Source of the DNA: a virus
Strand: one strand, 5' to 3'
IMG/VR virus record: IMGVR_UViG_3300030616_000002
Location: 1 to 64,000 of that record
DNA length: 64,000 nucleotides
Of this stretch, positions 14,457 through 22,951 are shown piece after piece. The first letter of the stretch is position 1, and the number at the start of each line of letters is the position of its first letter. The notes under the pieces were generated by a model. It worked only from the letters and a program-made list of their open reading frames with translations. It had not been told where the DNA came from and did not search any database. The position numbers and the translations under genes were made by a program.

Positions 14457-15296
14457 ATGAGGTGGCCCAAAGCCCCAACCCGCTGGATAGAAGGGCGAAC
14501 GCTGTTTGTATCGGTGCCATTCACCTGGGACCTGCCTGCGCTTCGGGACGAACTACAGCAGGGAGATCTAGCGTGGGATTCGGTTATAGTCGGTGGCCCC
14601 GCAGTGGACATGATGCCAGGATGGTTCAATGATCTGCCGCACGTTCACACCGGACACGGGATGCCGGGCGCGATGCAGCGGGTGAACCCAGAGGCTACCA
14701 AGACCAGCGTCGGATGTATCCGCCGCTGCGAGTTCTGTGCTGTGCCGCAGACAGAGGGCCGCCTGCGTGAGTTGGATGACTGGCCCGATTTGCCGATCAT
14801 CACAGATAACAATCTGCTTGCATGCTCGCGCCGCCACTTCGATCGCGTGATCGAGCGGCTGAAGGGGCACGGGTGGGCCGACTTTAACCAGGGCATCGAC
14901 GCGCGTCTGCTGACAGCCCATCACGCGCAAGCCATCGCGGAGATCGGCAAAGTGACGGTGCGGCTGGCCCTCGATTCAATGTCACATCGGGCAGCGTGGG
15001 AGAATGCCGTCGATACCCTGACAACCAACGGCGTCCCGAAGTCGCGCATCCGATCCTATGCGTTAATCGGCTTCGACAGCAGCCCCGAAGAAGCATGGAA
15101 CCGCTGCCAATATATCGAACAGCACGTCCGCATGGTGCTGCCGATGTGGTTTCACGAACTGAACGCCCTGGAGTTAAATTCTGTGACAAAGGAGCAGGGC
15201 AAGCTCGGGTGGTGCGACAAAGAACGGCTGCACATCATGCGCTATTACTACCAGCACCAGGGCGCAGCCCTGAAAGCCGAGCCGGAGCCCGAGTAG
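14457..15296 (+). CDS. radical SAM domain protein (candidate)
   Basis: 279 aa. VGCIRRCEFCAV carries the CxxxCxPhiC cluster motif; the preceding ~70 aa could be a cobalamin-binding-like domain. Confidence 0.6.
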   Translation: MRWPKAPTRWIEGRTLFVSVPFTWDLPALRDELQQGDLAWDSVIVGGPAVDMMPGWFNDLPHVHTGHGMPGAMQRVNPEATKTSVGCIRRCEFCAVPQTEGRLRELDDWPDLPIITDNNLLACSRRHFDRVIERLKGHGWADFNQGIDARLLTAHHAQAIAEIGKVTVRLALDSMSHRAAWENAVDTLTTNGVPKSRIRSYALIGFDSSPEEAWNRCQYIEQHVRMVLPMWFHELNALELNSVTKEQGKLGWCDKERLHIMRYYYQHQGAALKAEPEPE

Positions 15297-15317
15297 GAGC
15301 GGGAGAGGAGTAGGACG

Positions 15318-16265
15318 ATGGCTCGTGTACTGGTAACAGGCGGCGCTGGATTCATCGGATCGCACCTCTGCGATGCGCTGCTCATCCGCGGCGACGAGGT
15401 AGTCTGCCTTGATAACTTTTTCTCGGGTAGCCGGGACAACGTACAGCAGCATCGCGAGAATCCGCGCTTCGAGCTAATCCGCCACGATGTTGTTGAGCCT
15501 ATTTTGCTTGAGATCGATCAGATCTATCACCTGGCGTGCCCTGCCTCGCCGATCCACTACCAATACAACCCGGTCAAGACGACCAAGACTAACGTAATGG
15601 GAACGCTGAACATGCTCGGCTTGGCGAAGCGGGTAGGGGCGCGGCTGCTGCTAGCCTCTACCTCCGAGGTGTACGGCGATCCCGAGGTGCATCCACAGCC
15701 TGAGGATTACTGGGGACGGGTGAACCCTATCGGGCTGCGTTCCTGCTACGACGAGGGCAAGCGCGTAGCCGAGACGCTCTGCTTTGACTACCGCAGGCAG
15801 AACGGCGTGGACGCGCGCGTAGTGCGGATCTTCAATACCTACGGCCCGCGTATGGCTGCTGATGACGGCCGGGTAGTAAGCAACTTCTGTGTGGCGGCGC
15901 TCACCGGCAAGCCCCTGCTGGTATATGGGGACGGTAGCCAGACGCGGTCGTTCTGTTACGTACGCGACTTGGTCGACGGGCTGATCGCCGCGATGAATGG
16001 CGAGGCCGAGGGTATAGAGGGGCCGATCAATCTCGGCAACCCGGATGAGCGGACGGTACTAGAGCTGGCGCAGAAGATACTCTCCCTTACCCCGCCTGGG
16101 CCCGGCATCGAATACCGCGATCTGCCGGCAGACGATCCGGTCCGGCGGAAACCGGTAATAGATCGTGCTCGCAAGATCCTATGGTGGCGACCTACCGTCT
16201 CCCTAGATAGCGGCATAAGGACTACGTTAGAGAGCTTCCGCGAAAAAAACCTTGCTAAAGGCTAG
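15318..16265 (+). CDS. UDP-glucuronate decarboxylase (UDP-xylose synthase), SDR family
   Basis: 315 aa. [14 protein letters not shown] (Rossmann GxxGxxG), [15 protein letters not shown] (YxxxK) and [11 protein letters not shown] are characteristic of UXS-type enzymes. Confidence 0.88.
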   Translation: MARVLVTGGAGFIGSHLCDALLIRGDEVVCLDNFFSGSRDNVQQHRENPRFELIRHDVVEPILLEIDQIYHLACPASPIHYQYNPVKTTKTNVMGTLNMLGLAKRVGARLLLASTSEVYGDPEVHPQPEDYWGRVNPIGLRSCYDEGKRVAETLCFDYRRQNGVDARVVRIFNTYGPRMAADDGRVVSNFCVAALTGKPLLVYGDGSQTRSFCYVRDLVDGLIAAMNGEAEGIEGPINLGNPDERTVLELAQKILSLTPPGPGIEYRDLPADDPVRRKPVIDRARKILWWRPTVSLDSGIRTTLESFREKNLAKG

Positions 16266-16283
16266 CAAGGCTAGTAAGGCTAG
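16243..16283 (+). promoter_or_regulatory. candidate promoter C with CTAG-box
   Basis: AAAAAAACC TTGCTA (16252-16257), then GGCTAGCAAGGCTAGTAAGGCTAG (16260-16283). Overlaps the 3' end of the UXS gene. Confidence 0.4.
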
Positions 16284-16287
16284 TCAC

Positions 16288-16758
16288 GTGGCAACGCTTG
16301 GACGATCTGTGCCGAAGCCCGATCCGCCGTGGCGGTCGGAAGAGTACCGCGCGTACGTAGCAAGTCACAGGTGTTGTCTATGCCAGAAAAAACGGGGCCC
16401 ACAAGGGGGAGTCGTCGCGGCGCATATTGGATCGCGGGGAACCTCGCAGAAGCCGCCAGACTACCAGACAGTACCGCTCTGTTACGATTGCCACGCGAGA
16501 GAGCACGGGCGACCTGGATACGAGCCGCTATCAAGGGACGAGCGGGAGCACCTGGTCTGGGTCGCGTTGAAGCTAGCTGGTAAATTCATCGCAGCGATCC
16601 GATCCGAGACCCTAGATATCGAGCCTGGGGAAGCGCTGTCCTACCGAGAGCAGATAGAGGCGGGTAGGGAGCAGGTTCGCGCGCGCAGGAAAAAGAAAAC
16701 GAAGATCGGCCAGCGCAAGCCAGATAGCCGGCGGCCTAGAAACAAGGGGATCCGATGA
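16288..16758 (+). CDS. HNH/DUF968-like zinc-binding protein (candidate)
   Basis: In frame with ORF 16252..16758. I prefer GTG 16288 because it lies after the CTAG-box. CCLCQKK...AAHIG...PLCYDCHAREH resembles the DUF968-type motif. Confidence 0.4.
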   Translation: MATLGRSVPKPDPPWRSEEYRAYVASHRCCLCQKKRGPQGGVVAAHIGSRGTSQKPPDYQTVPLCYDCHAREHGRPGYEPLSRDEREHLVWVALKLAGKFIAAIRSETLDIEPGEALSYREQIEAGREQVRARRKKKTKIGQRKPDSRRPRNKGIR

Positions 16759-16985
16759 ACGCATGGGTTCGGTATCAGTATCTTGGATCCGACGAGGTCC
16801 AGTTTGACTTGTTGACGGAACGCGGCGAGAGGCAGGAGTCGCTAGGGTCCGTTGTGCTAGATGCCGATCGGTTTTTTGCCGACGATAAAACCGGCGTTGC
16901 AGAGGCGGCGGGCGCGCTCGGCGTTGACGCGCCAGTTGTACGCTATGCCATGCGGCACGGCCGCTCAAGGGATATCAGACTATGA
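16755..16985 (+). CDS. hypothetical protein
   Basis: ORF track, 76 aa; ATGA overlaps on both sides. Confidence 0.45.
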   Translation: MNAWVRYQYLGSDEVQFDLLTERGERQESLGSVVLDADRFFADDKTGVAEAAGALGVDAPVVRYAMRHGRSRDIRL

Positions 16986-17581
16986 GGCGCGGCGGGGCGA
17001 CCGAGGATCTACTGCTCGGGCCGAACGTAAAATACATACCAGAGGGCAAGGGCAGGATCGTCAAACGGGAACAGGCTACCAGGTGGTCTGCGAAGCGGGG
17101 TGGACTGATACCGACAGAGAAGGGCAGGCCAGATTATAGCGGATCGTGGAATGGGCTCGCTTTTGAAATAGAGGCAAAAGAGGTTACTAGCGGGACGAGC
17201 TTCAAATTTGCGGGCCCACACACGCGCGGGGCGCAGACGCTCATGGCTCAGATCAAAGATCTAGAGGAGAACGCAAGGGCGGGGGCCCTGTCGTTTTTCG
17301 TCGTGCATTTCGCTGTTTTCAAAAAGGGGATTCGCGAGGCGTACTTGTGGGAGATCGGTAAGTACCTCCGTGATCTGAACTGCCCGTTTCTGGCCTATGC
17401 CTTCGGTATTCCCGGAGCGGGGAAGCCGATTTCGTTACAGTGGTTTCGGGACAACGCGCTTCGAATCTACGAGAAGAACGGCGGGTTGGACTGGGGCACG
17501 GGGATACAGCGCGTAATTGAAGCCAAGGCAGCGCTCGCCGCGCAGAACGGCGGTCTATTGGCTGCGGGCAGGTTGGACTAA
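16982..17581 (+). CDS. RecU-like Holliday junction resolvase (candidate)
   Basis: 199 aa. RPDYSGSWNGLAFEIEAKEV...GAQTLM...GALSFFVVHF follows the D..G..FE.KE...Q...G..F pattern of RecU/PD-(D/E)xK resolvases. Confidence 0.5.
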   Translation: MRRGGATEDLLLGPNVKYIPEGKGRIVKREQATRWSAKRGGLIPTEKGRPDYSGSWNGLAFEIEAKEVTSGTSFKFAGPHTRGAQTLMAQIKDLEENARAGALSFFVVHFAVFKKGIREAYLWEIGKYLRDLNCPFLAYAFGIPGAGKPISLQWFRDNALRIYEKNGGLDWGTGIQRVIEAKAALAAQNGGLLAAGRLD

Positions 17582-17596
17582 CGGGGGCGAGTTGGG

Positions 17597-17989
17597 ATGT
17601 TCGGCGTGAGCGAGAATTGTTGCCGTTGCCGGGTGCGGAAAATCCGCACGATCGAGACTGAGGATACAAGCGGGCCAGCAGAGGACAGCCTGTGTATCGG
17701 GTGCTCTCTGTATGCGGGGAAGCACAAGCTGCGAGAGTTCGCCGAGACCTTACTGAAGATCGGCACGGCGCAGGGCCTGTCGGATATGATCCGGATCTTC
17801 GTGGCAACGATGTTCCCGACGCAAGAGGAACTAGCGCGAGCGATCGGGGGACGCTGCTACACGGCCGAGCACCATGCAAAGCTAGCGGCCGAGCACCTGA
17901 TAGCGTTGGCCGAGTTTATTCACGGCGACGGCTGGGTGCCTCCGACGCCGAAGCCGAAAAACAAACCGTGGGTGATGAACAGTGGATAG
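17597..17989 (+). CDS. hypothetical protein (N-terminal Cys4 cluster)
   Basis: ORF track, 130 aa. CCRCR...CIGC. Confidence 0.45.
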   Translation: MFGVSENCCRCRVRKIRTIETEDTSGPAEDSLCIGCSLYAGKHKLREFAETLLKIGTAQGLSDMIRIFVATMFPTQEELARAIGGRCYTAEHHAKLAAEHLIALAEFIHGDGWVPPTPKPKNKPWVMNSG

Positions 17990-18206
17990 CGACAACCTTT
18001 GTCCTGGCTCCGGTCTGCCGTTCTTCGGCAGCGTAATAGATAGCGACGGGCGGCGTCTTTGCGGCGTCGCTTGTCTCTGCGGGCGGTTTTTCAGGGCTAG
18101 CGATTGTCCGGGCGGTGTGATTCCAGATCACGAGGGCAAGCCGGAGCCTCTACCGGACTCGAACAAGATGACAACGGATCGGATCGTGGTGAAGCCGGAT
18201 GGCTGA
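17982..18206 (+). CDS. hypothetical protein
   Basis: ORF track, 74 aa; 8-nt overlaps on both sides. Confidence 0.4.
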   Translation: MDSDNLCPGSGLPFFGSVIDSDGRRLCGVACLCGRFFRASDCPGGVIPDHEGKPEPLPDSNKMTTDRIVVKPDG

Positions 18207-18453
18207 TCTGTGGAACATTGAGGAGATCCGTTTATTGCGGCACGCGCGTAGGCGTTTGATTGAGCAGTACGGCGATTATGAGCGCGAGTTTAGATCAGTA
18301 TTTGCCGATTCTAGATTCAAGGCATGGGCCAAGCCGCTGGTCAGGGCGATGCTGGAGCGCGAGCAGCAAGGGACAGACTGGTCCTGGCTTGCGCGGAAGG
18401 TTCAGTCCGAGGCGTGGGCGCGGGTCAAGGCGATAATAGCGGAGGGGGAGTGA
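18199..18453 (+). CDS. hypothetical protein
   Basis: ORF track, 84 aa. Confidence 0.45.
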   Translation: MADLWNIEEIRLLRHARRRLIEQYGDYEREFRSVFADSRFKAWAKPLVRAMLEREQQGTDWSWLARKVQSEAWARVKAIIAEGE

Positions 18454-19103
18454 GCGCCAATCGAGCGAGGCGTCGCGTATTGCATGCGGCTACGGCGCTA
18501 GATGCTGTTGAGCGATGGGCCGATGGCTGCATGCTGTTGCGTGAGATCGGTTTAGTAGAAAACGGACGGATAGACGGGGCGCTTGTGCCGCTGTCTATCG
18601 ACTCGCCAGGAGTCAAGAACAATCCCATGCGGAAGACTGGTCGCCCGTTCTGGGATCGCATGGGACTGCTCGGTGTTGAGGTAAAGCTGCACCGCTCCGA
18701 TTTTTTACGTGGGCTCAAGGAAAAGCAGTTTGAGCGCTATGCGCCGAGTTTCATCGGTCTATATATCTGCACGACGCTGGACGTATGCAAGCCGTCAGAG
18801 ATCCCGCGCGAGTACGGCCACCTAGTAGTAACGTGGAGTGATGAGACCGAGCGCGACTCGTATAAACGAATCCCGGTTTGCGTATGCAAGCGCCACCCGC
18901 AGTTCAAGGCGGTTGAGTTAGATCATGAAACCATGTGGCGGGTTCTTTGGCGTAGCGGCGAGGAAATGCGCAAGCGTGCAGCCGAGGCCGAGGCGAAGTA
19001 TGCAAGGGCTACGGCGCGCGTTGGGTCGCTTGCGTCTGAATATATTTTCGGCGCTGTCAAGGCACTTGAGAAAAGAGCCGAGCGCGAACTGGAGGGCGAA
19101 TGA
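18450..19103 (+). CDS. PD-(D/E)xK nuclease-like protein (MmcB-like, candidate)
   Basis: In frame with ORF 18324..19103. GTG 18450 overlaps the upstream stop (GTGA). GVEVKLHRSDFLRGLKEKQFERY...GLYICT resembles the MmcB-family core. Confidence 0.4.
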   Translation: MSANRARRRVLHAATALDAVERWADGCMLLREIGLVENGRIDGALVPLSIDSPGVKNNPMRKTGRPFWDRMGLLGVEVKLHRSDFLRGLKEKQFERYAPSFIGLYICTTLDVCKPSEIPREYGHLVVTWSDETERDSYKRIPVCVCKRHPQFKAVELDHETMWRVLWRSGEEMRKRAAEAEAKYARATARVGSLASEYIFGAVKALEKRAERELEGE

Positions 19104-19402
19104 GCGCCAAGAAATGCCCCCATGATCCGACGTTCCCGACGGGATCATTCGGCCTGTACGTTGATCACAAGGCCCAGTGCATCGGACCCGATTGCGCGCT
19201 GTGGGATCCCGAGACTAACCGCTGCGGAGAATTGCTGCGCGCGCAGTCTGGGAATAGGCGCGTATGTCCTGATTGCGGCGGCGCTGGGGATTGCCCGGTG
19301 CTCGGCGACGAGGGCGAGGTAGCCAGCGTAGAGCCCTGCGAGCGATGCGGCGGGTCGGGCATGCTCTTGATCATCACGAAGGAGGCCCCACATGATCGTT
19401 GA
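19100..19402 (+). CDS. small zinc-finger protein (CxxCGGxG repeats)
   Basis: 100 aa. CPDCGGAGDC and CERCGGSG. Confidence 0.5.
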   Translation: MSAKKCPHDPTFPTGSFGLYVDHKAQCIGPDCALWDPETNRCGELLRAQSGNRRVCPDCGGAGDCPVLGDEGEVASVEPCERCGGSGMLLIITKEAPHDR

Positions 19403-19832
19403 TATGAGCGCAGTAGCCCGATACTTCCGCGCGCGGGGCGAATTTGATCGGGCTCGGGCGGTCGAGGATTCTTACTTCCGTTACGCGCAGGAGATGACGA
19501 GGGGGGAGTCGGAGATAGTCTGCGAGTTGAAGCTGCCGAACGTCGAGGGGCAGAACGCAGGGCGCAAGCTGTTAGAGGAGGAGAGCCTACGGCGAGAGGT
19601 GCTGGCGCTGCGCGAGGACGTGGACGCGCTGAAGGCGGGTGGTAAAGCGGGGGCGTACGATAAACCAGTGTGGGTTAGCGAGCGGAGCGACTGGGATGCG
19701 GTACTAGATGCTGCAATAAAACGGTTGGGTGCGATGTCCGGAACGCCGCTGACGGTCAAGACGATATCGGGGCTGTGCGAGATCCGCGATTTCCTCCGTT
19801 CCAACGATATCCGAGGACCGGAGCACGCATGA
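19392..19832 (+). CDS. hypothetical protein
   Basis: ORF track, 146 aa. Confidence 0.5.
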   Translation: MIVDMSAVARYFRARGEFDRARAVEDSYFRYAQEMTRGESEIVCELKLPNVEGQNAGRKLLEEESLRREVLALREDVDALKAGGKAGAYDKPVWVSERSDWDAVLDAAIKRLGAMSGTPLTVKTISGLCEIRDFLRSNDIRGPEHA

Positions 19833-20122
19833 GGCAGGGAGTAATAATTTGTCCCGTAAAGGGTGAGCAGGCTTTGGCCAAGTGCGACTGGTGGCGGCGG
19901 CGTGGGTTGAAGGCTTGCTTGACTTGCAAGGTGCGGCCTTTGTACCTATCGAAGCACAATCACGGCGAGCGGCTACGGCCGGCAGAGACGTGCCCGCGGT
20001 GCGGTCGGTATAAGCACGCGGATTCGAAGTTCTGCGGCGAGTGCTCGAAGTCCATGTTTCATCTTGGGGGCGGCGAGCGGGTCTTTGATACCGAGATCGA
20101 AAGCGAGGCGAGCGATGAGTGA
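19829..20122 (+). CDS. hypothetical Cys-rich protein
   Basis: In frame with ORF 19775..20122. ATG 19829 overlaps the upstream stop (ATGA). Confidence 0.45.
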   Translation: MRQGVIICPVKGEQALAKCDWWRRRGLKACLTCKVRPLYLSKHNHGERLRPAETCPRCGRYKHADSKFCGECSKSMFHLGGGERVFDTEIESEASDE

Positions 20123-20546
20123 TGCCGATCTGGTTCTCCCTGGCAGCCACTACACCGAACTGGCGCGCGGAATCGTGAACGCAGCGGCCGATGGTCTCCC
20201 CTCTGTAGGCCAGCCGCGCGAGGATCAGTCTCATCCGCGGACGATCAAGATCCTCCCCGATATGTCGATCCTAGTCTGGCACTACGATTCAGTAGAGGCG
20301 CGGGGCGGTCTCTTGCGGCCGGACGGCGAGCCGCTAAAGAAGCTCGGGTTGGTTTGCGATCTACTGGATCCGGAGCAGGCGTTTGATTTCTTCCATCGCA
20401 ACGCGCTCAACTTTGCGGAGTTCTTGGTCGAGCGGGACAAGGCGATTGCGGCGGCGAAAGCGGGGCGCGATGAGAAGCCCAAGAAGCAACGCCTGCCAAA
20501 GAGCGAGCGGAAGGCGCGGCGAAAGAAGATGAGGGGGCGGCGATGA
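20115..20546 (+). CDS. hypothetical protein with basic tail KKMRGRR
   Basis: In frame with ORF 20064..20546, from ATG 20115. The C-terminus is encoded by the 33-nt repeat. Confidence 0.45.
   Translation: MSDADLVLPGSHYTELARGIVNAAADGLPSVGQPREDQSHPRTIKILPDMSILVWHYDSVEARGGLLRPDGEPLKKLGLVCDLLDPEQAFDFFHRNALNFAEFLVERDKAIAAAKAGRDEKPKKQRLPKSERKARRKKMRGRR
20514..20546 (+). repeat. 33-nt junction repeat, copy 1 (GCGCGGCGAAAGAAGATGAGGGGGCGGCGATGA)
   Basis: Read directly. Identical to 22128-22160; a 16-nt version (GAGGGGGCGGCGATGA) is at 21543-21558. Each copy ends in an ATGA stop-start overlap. Confidence 0.9.
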
Positions 20547-20893
20547 GCAAACAGCAGAAGCCGAACAAGGTGGGCTGGTGGAGATTTTGGCTGCCTAATA
20601 AGCGGCGGCCAGACATGGCGTTTGTCTCGGTGGCGCACGATGGGATGACGTTCTACGTTCACACGCACCGCTCTACTAGGAACGCGGCAACCCATCCAGC
20701 GAGACGGTGGGAGTTCGTTGATAATAAGCGCCGAGGAGTAGCGTGTTTAGAATGTGAACAGAAGCGACTCCGTAGGCCACGGTACAATCGCTGTCGATCT
20801 TGCTGTGATTCGCTTGAGGCCTGCCCTGATTATGTAAAGGGGCTCGGCGCAAATACGGGGATGGGGGATTTCGCCATGAAGGTCAGGAGATGA
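20543..20893 (+). CDS. hypothetical protein
   Basis: ORF track, 116 aa. Confidence 0.5.
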   Translation: MSKQQKPNKVGWWRFWLPNKRRPDMAFVSVAHDGMTFYVHTHRSTRNAATHPARRWEFVDNKRRGVACLECEQKRLRRPRYNRCRSCCDSLEACPDYVKGLGANTGMGDFAMKVRR

Positions 20894-21207
20894 GTGAAAT
20901 GAAGGTGACGAGATCACTCTTAGGGCGCGTTTTGTTCGCCCCGGCCATGAGCCCGCAGTCGGCAGTGTGGTTGTTTCTAGGGCTCGTGTTGATAACAGGC
21001 GCATGCGGCGCGGTGCTGGTTGCTCTTGGTTTCTACCCGGTCGCAATCGGCTGCTTTTTCGTCACCTATCTTTTAGAGCGTGCTCTTACGGATCAAATGC
21101 ACCGAGTCGATAGGCATCTCTGGAGCGAAGAAATCGAGCGGAGAAACGAAGTAGAAAAGGCGCTGCTTCAACGAATCAAAAAAGGGGGGGGGCGCAGCGA
21201 TGAGTGA
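20890..21207 (+). CDS. membrane protein (2 predicted TM segments)
   Basis: 105 aa. Hydrophobic stretches AVWLFLGLVLITGACGAVLVALGFYPVAIGCFFVTYLL. A G9 run at 21184-21192 lies near the 3' end. Confidence 0.5.
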   Translation: MSEMKVTRSLLGRVLFAPAMSPQSAVWLFLGLVLITGACGAVLVALGFYPVAIGCFFVTYLLERALTDQMHRVDRHLWSEEIERRNEVEKALLQRIKKGGGRSDE

Positions 21208-21219
21208 CGGAAAGGAACT

Positions 21220-21558
21220 GTGATGATCGAAGCGCTGATCGGATGCGGGATAGCATGGGCTGGCGGTTTCGCTATCGGTCTCTGTGTTGGACATCAGATA
21301 CGGTGTCGCTCTGTATCGAGCAAGCCCCAGCCGAGACCGGAGCGCCAGCACGATCCTTACCGCGCCACGTTGGCCGGGCACGCCGTCAGGGTCGGGTATG
21401 ATCACCCGGAGCGCTACCCGGGCCTATACGAAGCGGCCGGTGAGGTGTGCAGCGAAGAGTCCACGCTCAAGCAGACCGCCGACGTCGGCGGCTTCACGGA
21501 CCTGGACGAGATCGCAGAAGCGTTCTGGAAGTACGAGGAGAAGAGGGGGCGGCGATGA
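21220..21558 (+). CDS. hypothetical protein with N-terminal TM segment
   Basis: ORF track, 112 aa. MMIEALIGCGIAWAGGFAIGLCVG. Confidence 0.45.
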   Translation: MMIEALIGCGIAWAGGFAIGLCVGHQIRCRSVSSKPQPRPERQHDPYRATLAGHAVRVGYDHPERYPGLYEAAGEVCSEESTLKQTADVGGFTDLDEIAEAFWKYEEKRGRR

Positions 21559-22160
21559 CCTGCATCGTAGGGTTGCGCGCGCCAGATGGCGTGGTCATGG
21601 GCGGCGATAGCGCCGGCATCGGCAATATGGATCTACATGTGCGCGCAGACGAAAAGGTCTTTGCTCGGAGCGGGGGCGGTGCTGACTGGCTGTTCGGATT
21701 CACGTCTAGTTTCCGCATGGGCCAATTGATTCGCTACTCGCTGAAACTGCCGAAGGTGCCGGGCCGAGACGGCGATCTCTATCGCTACATGGTAACTAAG
21801 TTCGTTGATGCCTGCCGCGACTGCTTTAAGAGCGGGGGCTTTGCCCAGAAGCATAAAGAGGAGGAGTCTGCCGGGACGTTCCTTGTCGGTGTTCGCGGAT
21901 CGCTGTTCACCGTGTACGGAGATTACCAGGTGGCGCAGGAGGCGTGCGGCTTTGCCTCTGTTGGTTGTGGCGGTGAGATCGCGCGTGGGTCATTGCATGC
22001 AACAGCGGTTGCGGCGCGCGAGGCGCAGCCGTGGCGAATCGGTCCGCGCAGGCGAGTAGAGATGGCGTTGCAGGCGGCCGAGCAATGCAGCGCTGAGGTT
22101 CGCGGGCCGTTTGTAATCTTGGAGGGTGCGCGGCGAAAGAAGATGAGGGGGCGGCGATGA
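21555..22160 (+). CDS. proteasome/HslV-type Ntn-hydrolase peptidase (family T1-like)
   Basis: In frame with ORF 21447..22160, from ATG 21555 (ATGA overlap). MTCIVGLRAPDGVVMGGDSA puts Thr right after Met as the predicted nucleophile, and a later FASVGCGGEIARGSL (GxGxxxA-like) fits proteasome beta-type folds. Confidence 0.55.
   Translation: MTCIVGLRAPDGVVMGGDSAGIGNMDLHVRADEKVFARSGGGADWLFGFTSSFRMGQLIRYSLKLPKVPGRDGDLYRYMVTKFVDACRDCFKSGGFAQKHKEEESAGTFLVGVRGSLFTVYGDYQVAQEACGFASVGCGGEIARGSLHATAVAAREAQPWRIGPRRRVEMALQAAEQCSAEVRGPFVILEGARRKKMRGRR
22128..22160 (+). repeat. 33-nt junction repeat, copy 2
   Basis: Identical to 20514-20546. Confidence 0.9.
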
Positions 22161-22951
22161 CACTAGGCGAGTGGGTAGTATTGGTCGCAGGTGTCGTAAT
22201 CGCGGCCGGGTTCTTGAAGCGCCTACTGCCGCCGGCGGTCGATTACTCCGATAGGCTATTTGTCAAAACTGACTTCAATCCTGGCCCACCGAAACCGATA
22301 CCGGAGCCCGTCCCGGACTCCATGTTGTTGGTGGTGAGGGAAGCCGGTAAGGTGGACGCAAACGGAAATGTGTATACCGAGGAGGCGCTGCGCAAGGCCG
22401 TGGATAACTGGCATAAGAAGTACAGTAAGGACAAGCCGATGCCGGCCGGGGAGCCGTCCATATACGGTGGGTCCGAAGTCAGCGTGATGGGGATAACCCA
22501 TTTCGTGGAGGACGTGTTCATCGGGTATGCACCTAATAGAAAGGCGTTGGCGGCCAGTGTGAAGTTCTTCGACACCGAAACATCCCGTGCGGTGGCGCAT
22601 GGGCTGGCCAATGGATATTTCCGCCTGGGATTGTCCGTTAGGGGGAGTATGGAGCGCAAGGACGATCATTGGGAGGTGGTTCCCAACGACGACCTGGAAA
22701 TAACCAACATCCACGTCCTGCCGGCGGACGCTCCGGCACCACCAGAGCCAGGGCCACCGCCGCCGCGTACCGCCCGCCGCGCCGGCTACCAGCCAAGCCC
22801 TGGCGAGAAGCCGCTGACAGATGGGTATCAACCCTCGCACCGAGTTACGGGAGAGATCGTTTGCACTCCGTTGCCGCCGAAACGAAAGCGCGCTGGCATC
22901 GAGGCCAAGGTTCCAGCGACGCGCTGCCCCCACTGCGGGAGGGATCTGTGA
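22157..22951 (+). CDS. membrane-anchored hypothetical protein with Pro-rich linker and C-terminal CxxC
   Basis: 264 aa. N-terminal TM helix (WVVLVAGVVIAAGFL). The central part, DANGNVYTEEALRKAV..., loosely resembles the N-terminus of 51043..52515. Confidence 0.5.
   Translation: MTLGEWVVLVAGVVIAAGFLKRLLPPAVDYSDRLFVKTDFNPGPPKPIPEPVPDSMLLVVREAGKVDANGNVYTEEALRKAVDNWHKKYSKDKPMPAGEPSIYGGSEVSVMGITHFVEDVFIGYAPNRKALAASVKFFDTETSRAVAHGLANGYFRLGLSVRGSMERKDDHWEVVPNDDLEITNIHVLPADAPAPPEPGPPPPRTARRAGYQPSPGEKPLTDGYQPSHRVTGEIVCTPLPPKRKRAGIEAKVPATRCPHCGRDL

Noticed and set aside
12595-14520. Minus-strand ORFs 12595..13581, 13037..13723 and 13720..14520.
   Set aside because: All are antisense to the 12791..14452 gene. 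They have Ser/Arg-rich compositions and include the antisense of the Asp-Thr repeat.
20890-21558. The two small membrane proteins as a holin/lysis cassette.
   Set aside because: No muralytic enzyme (lysozyme, amidase or transglycosylase motifs) could be recognised nearby. The next gene is an Ntn-peptidase-like protein, so no lysis call is made.
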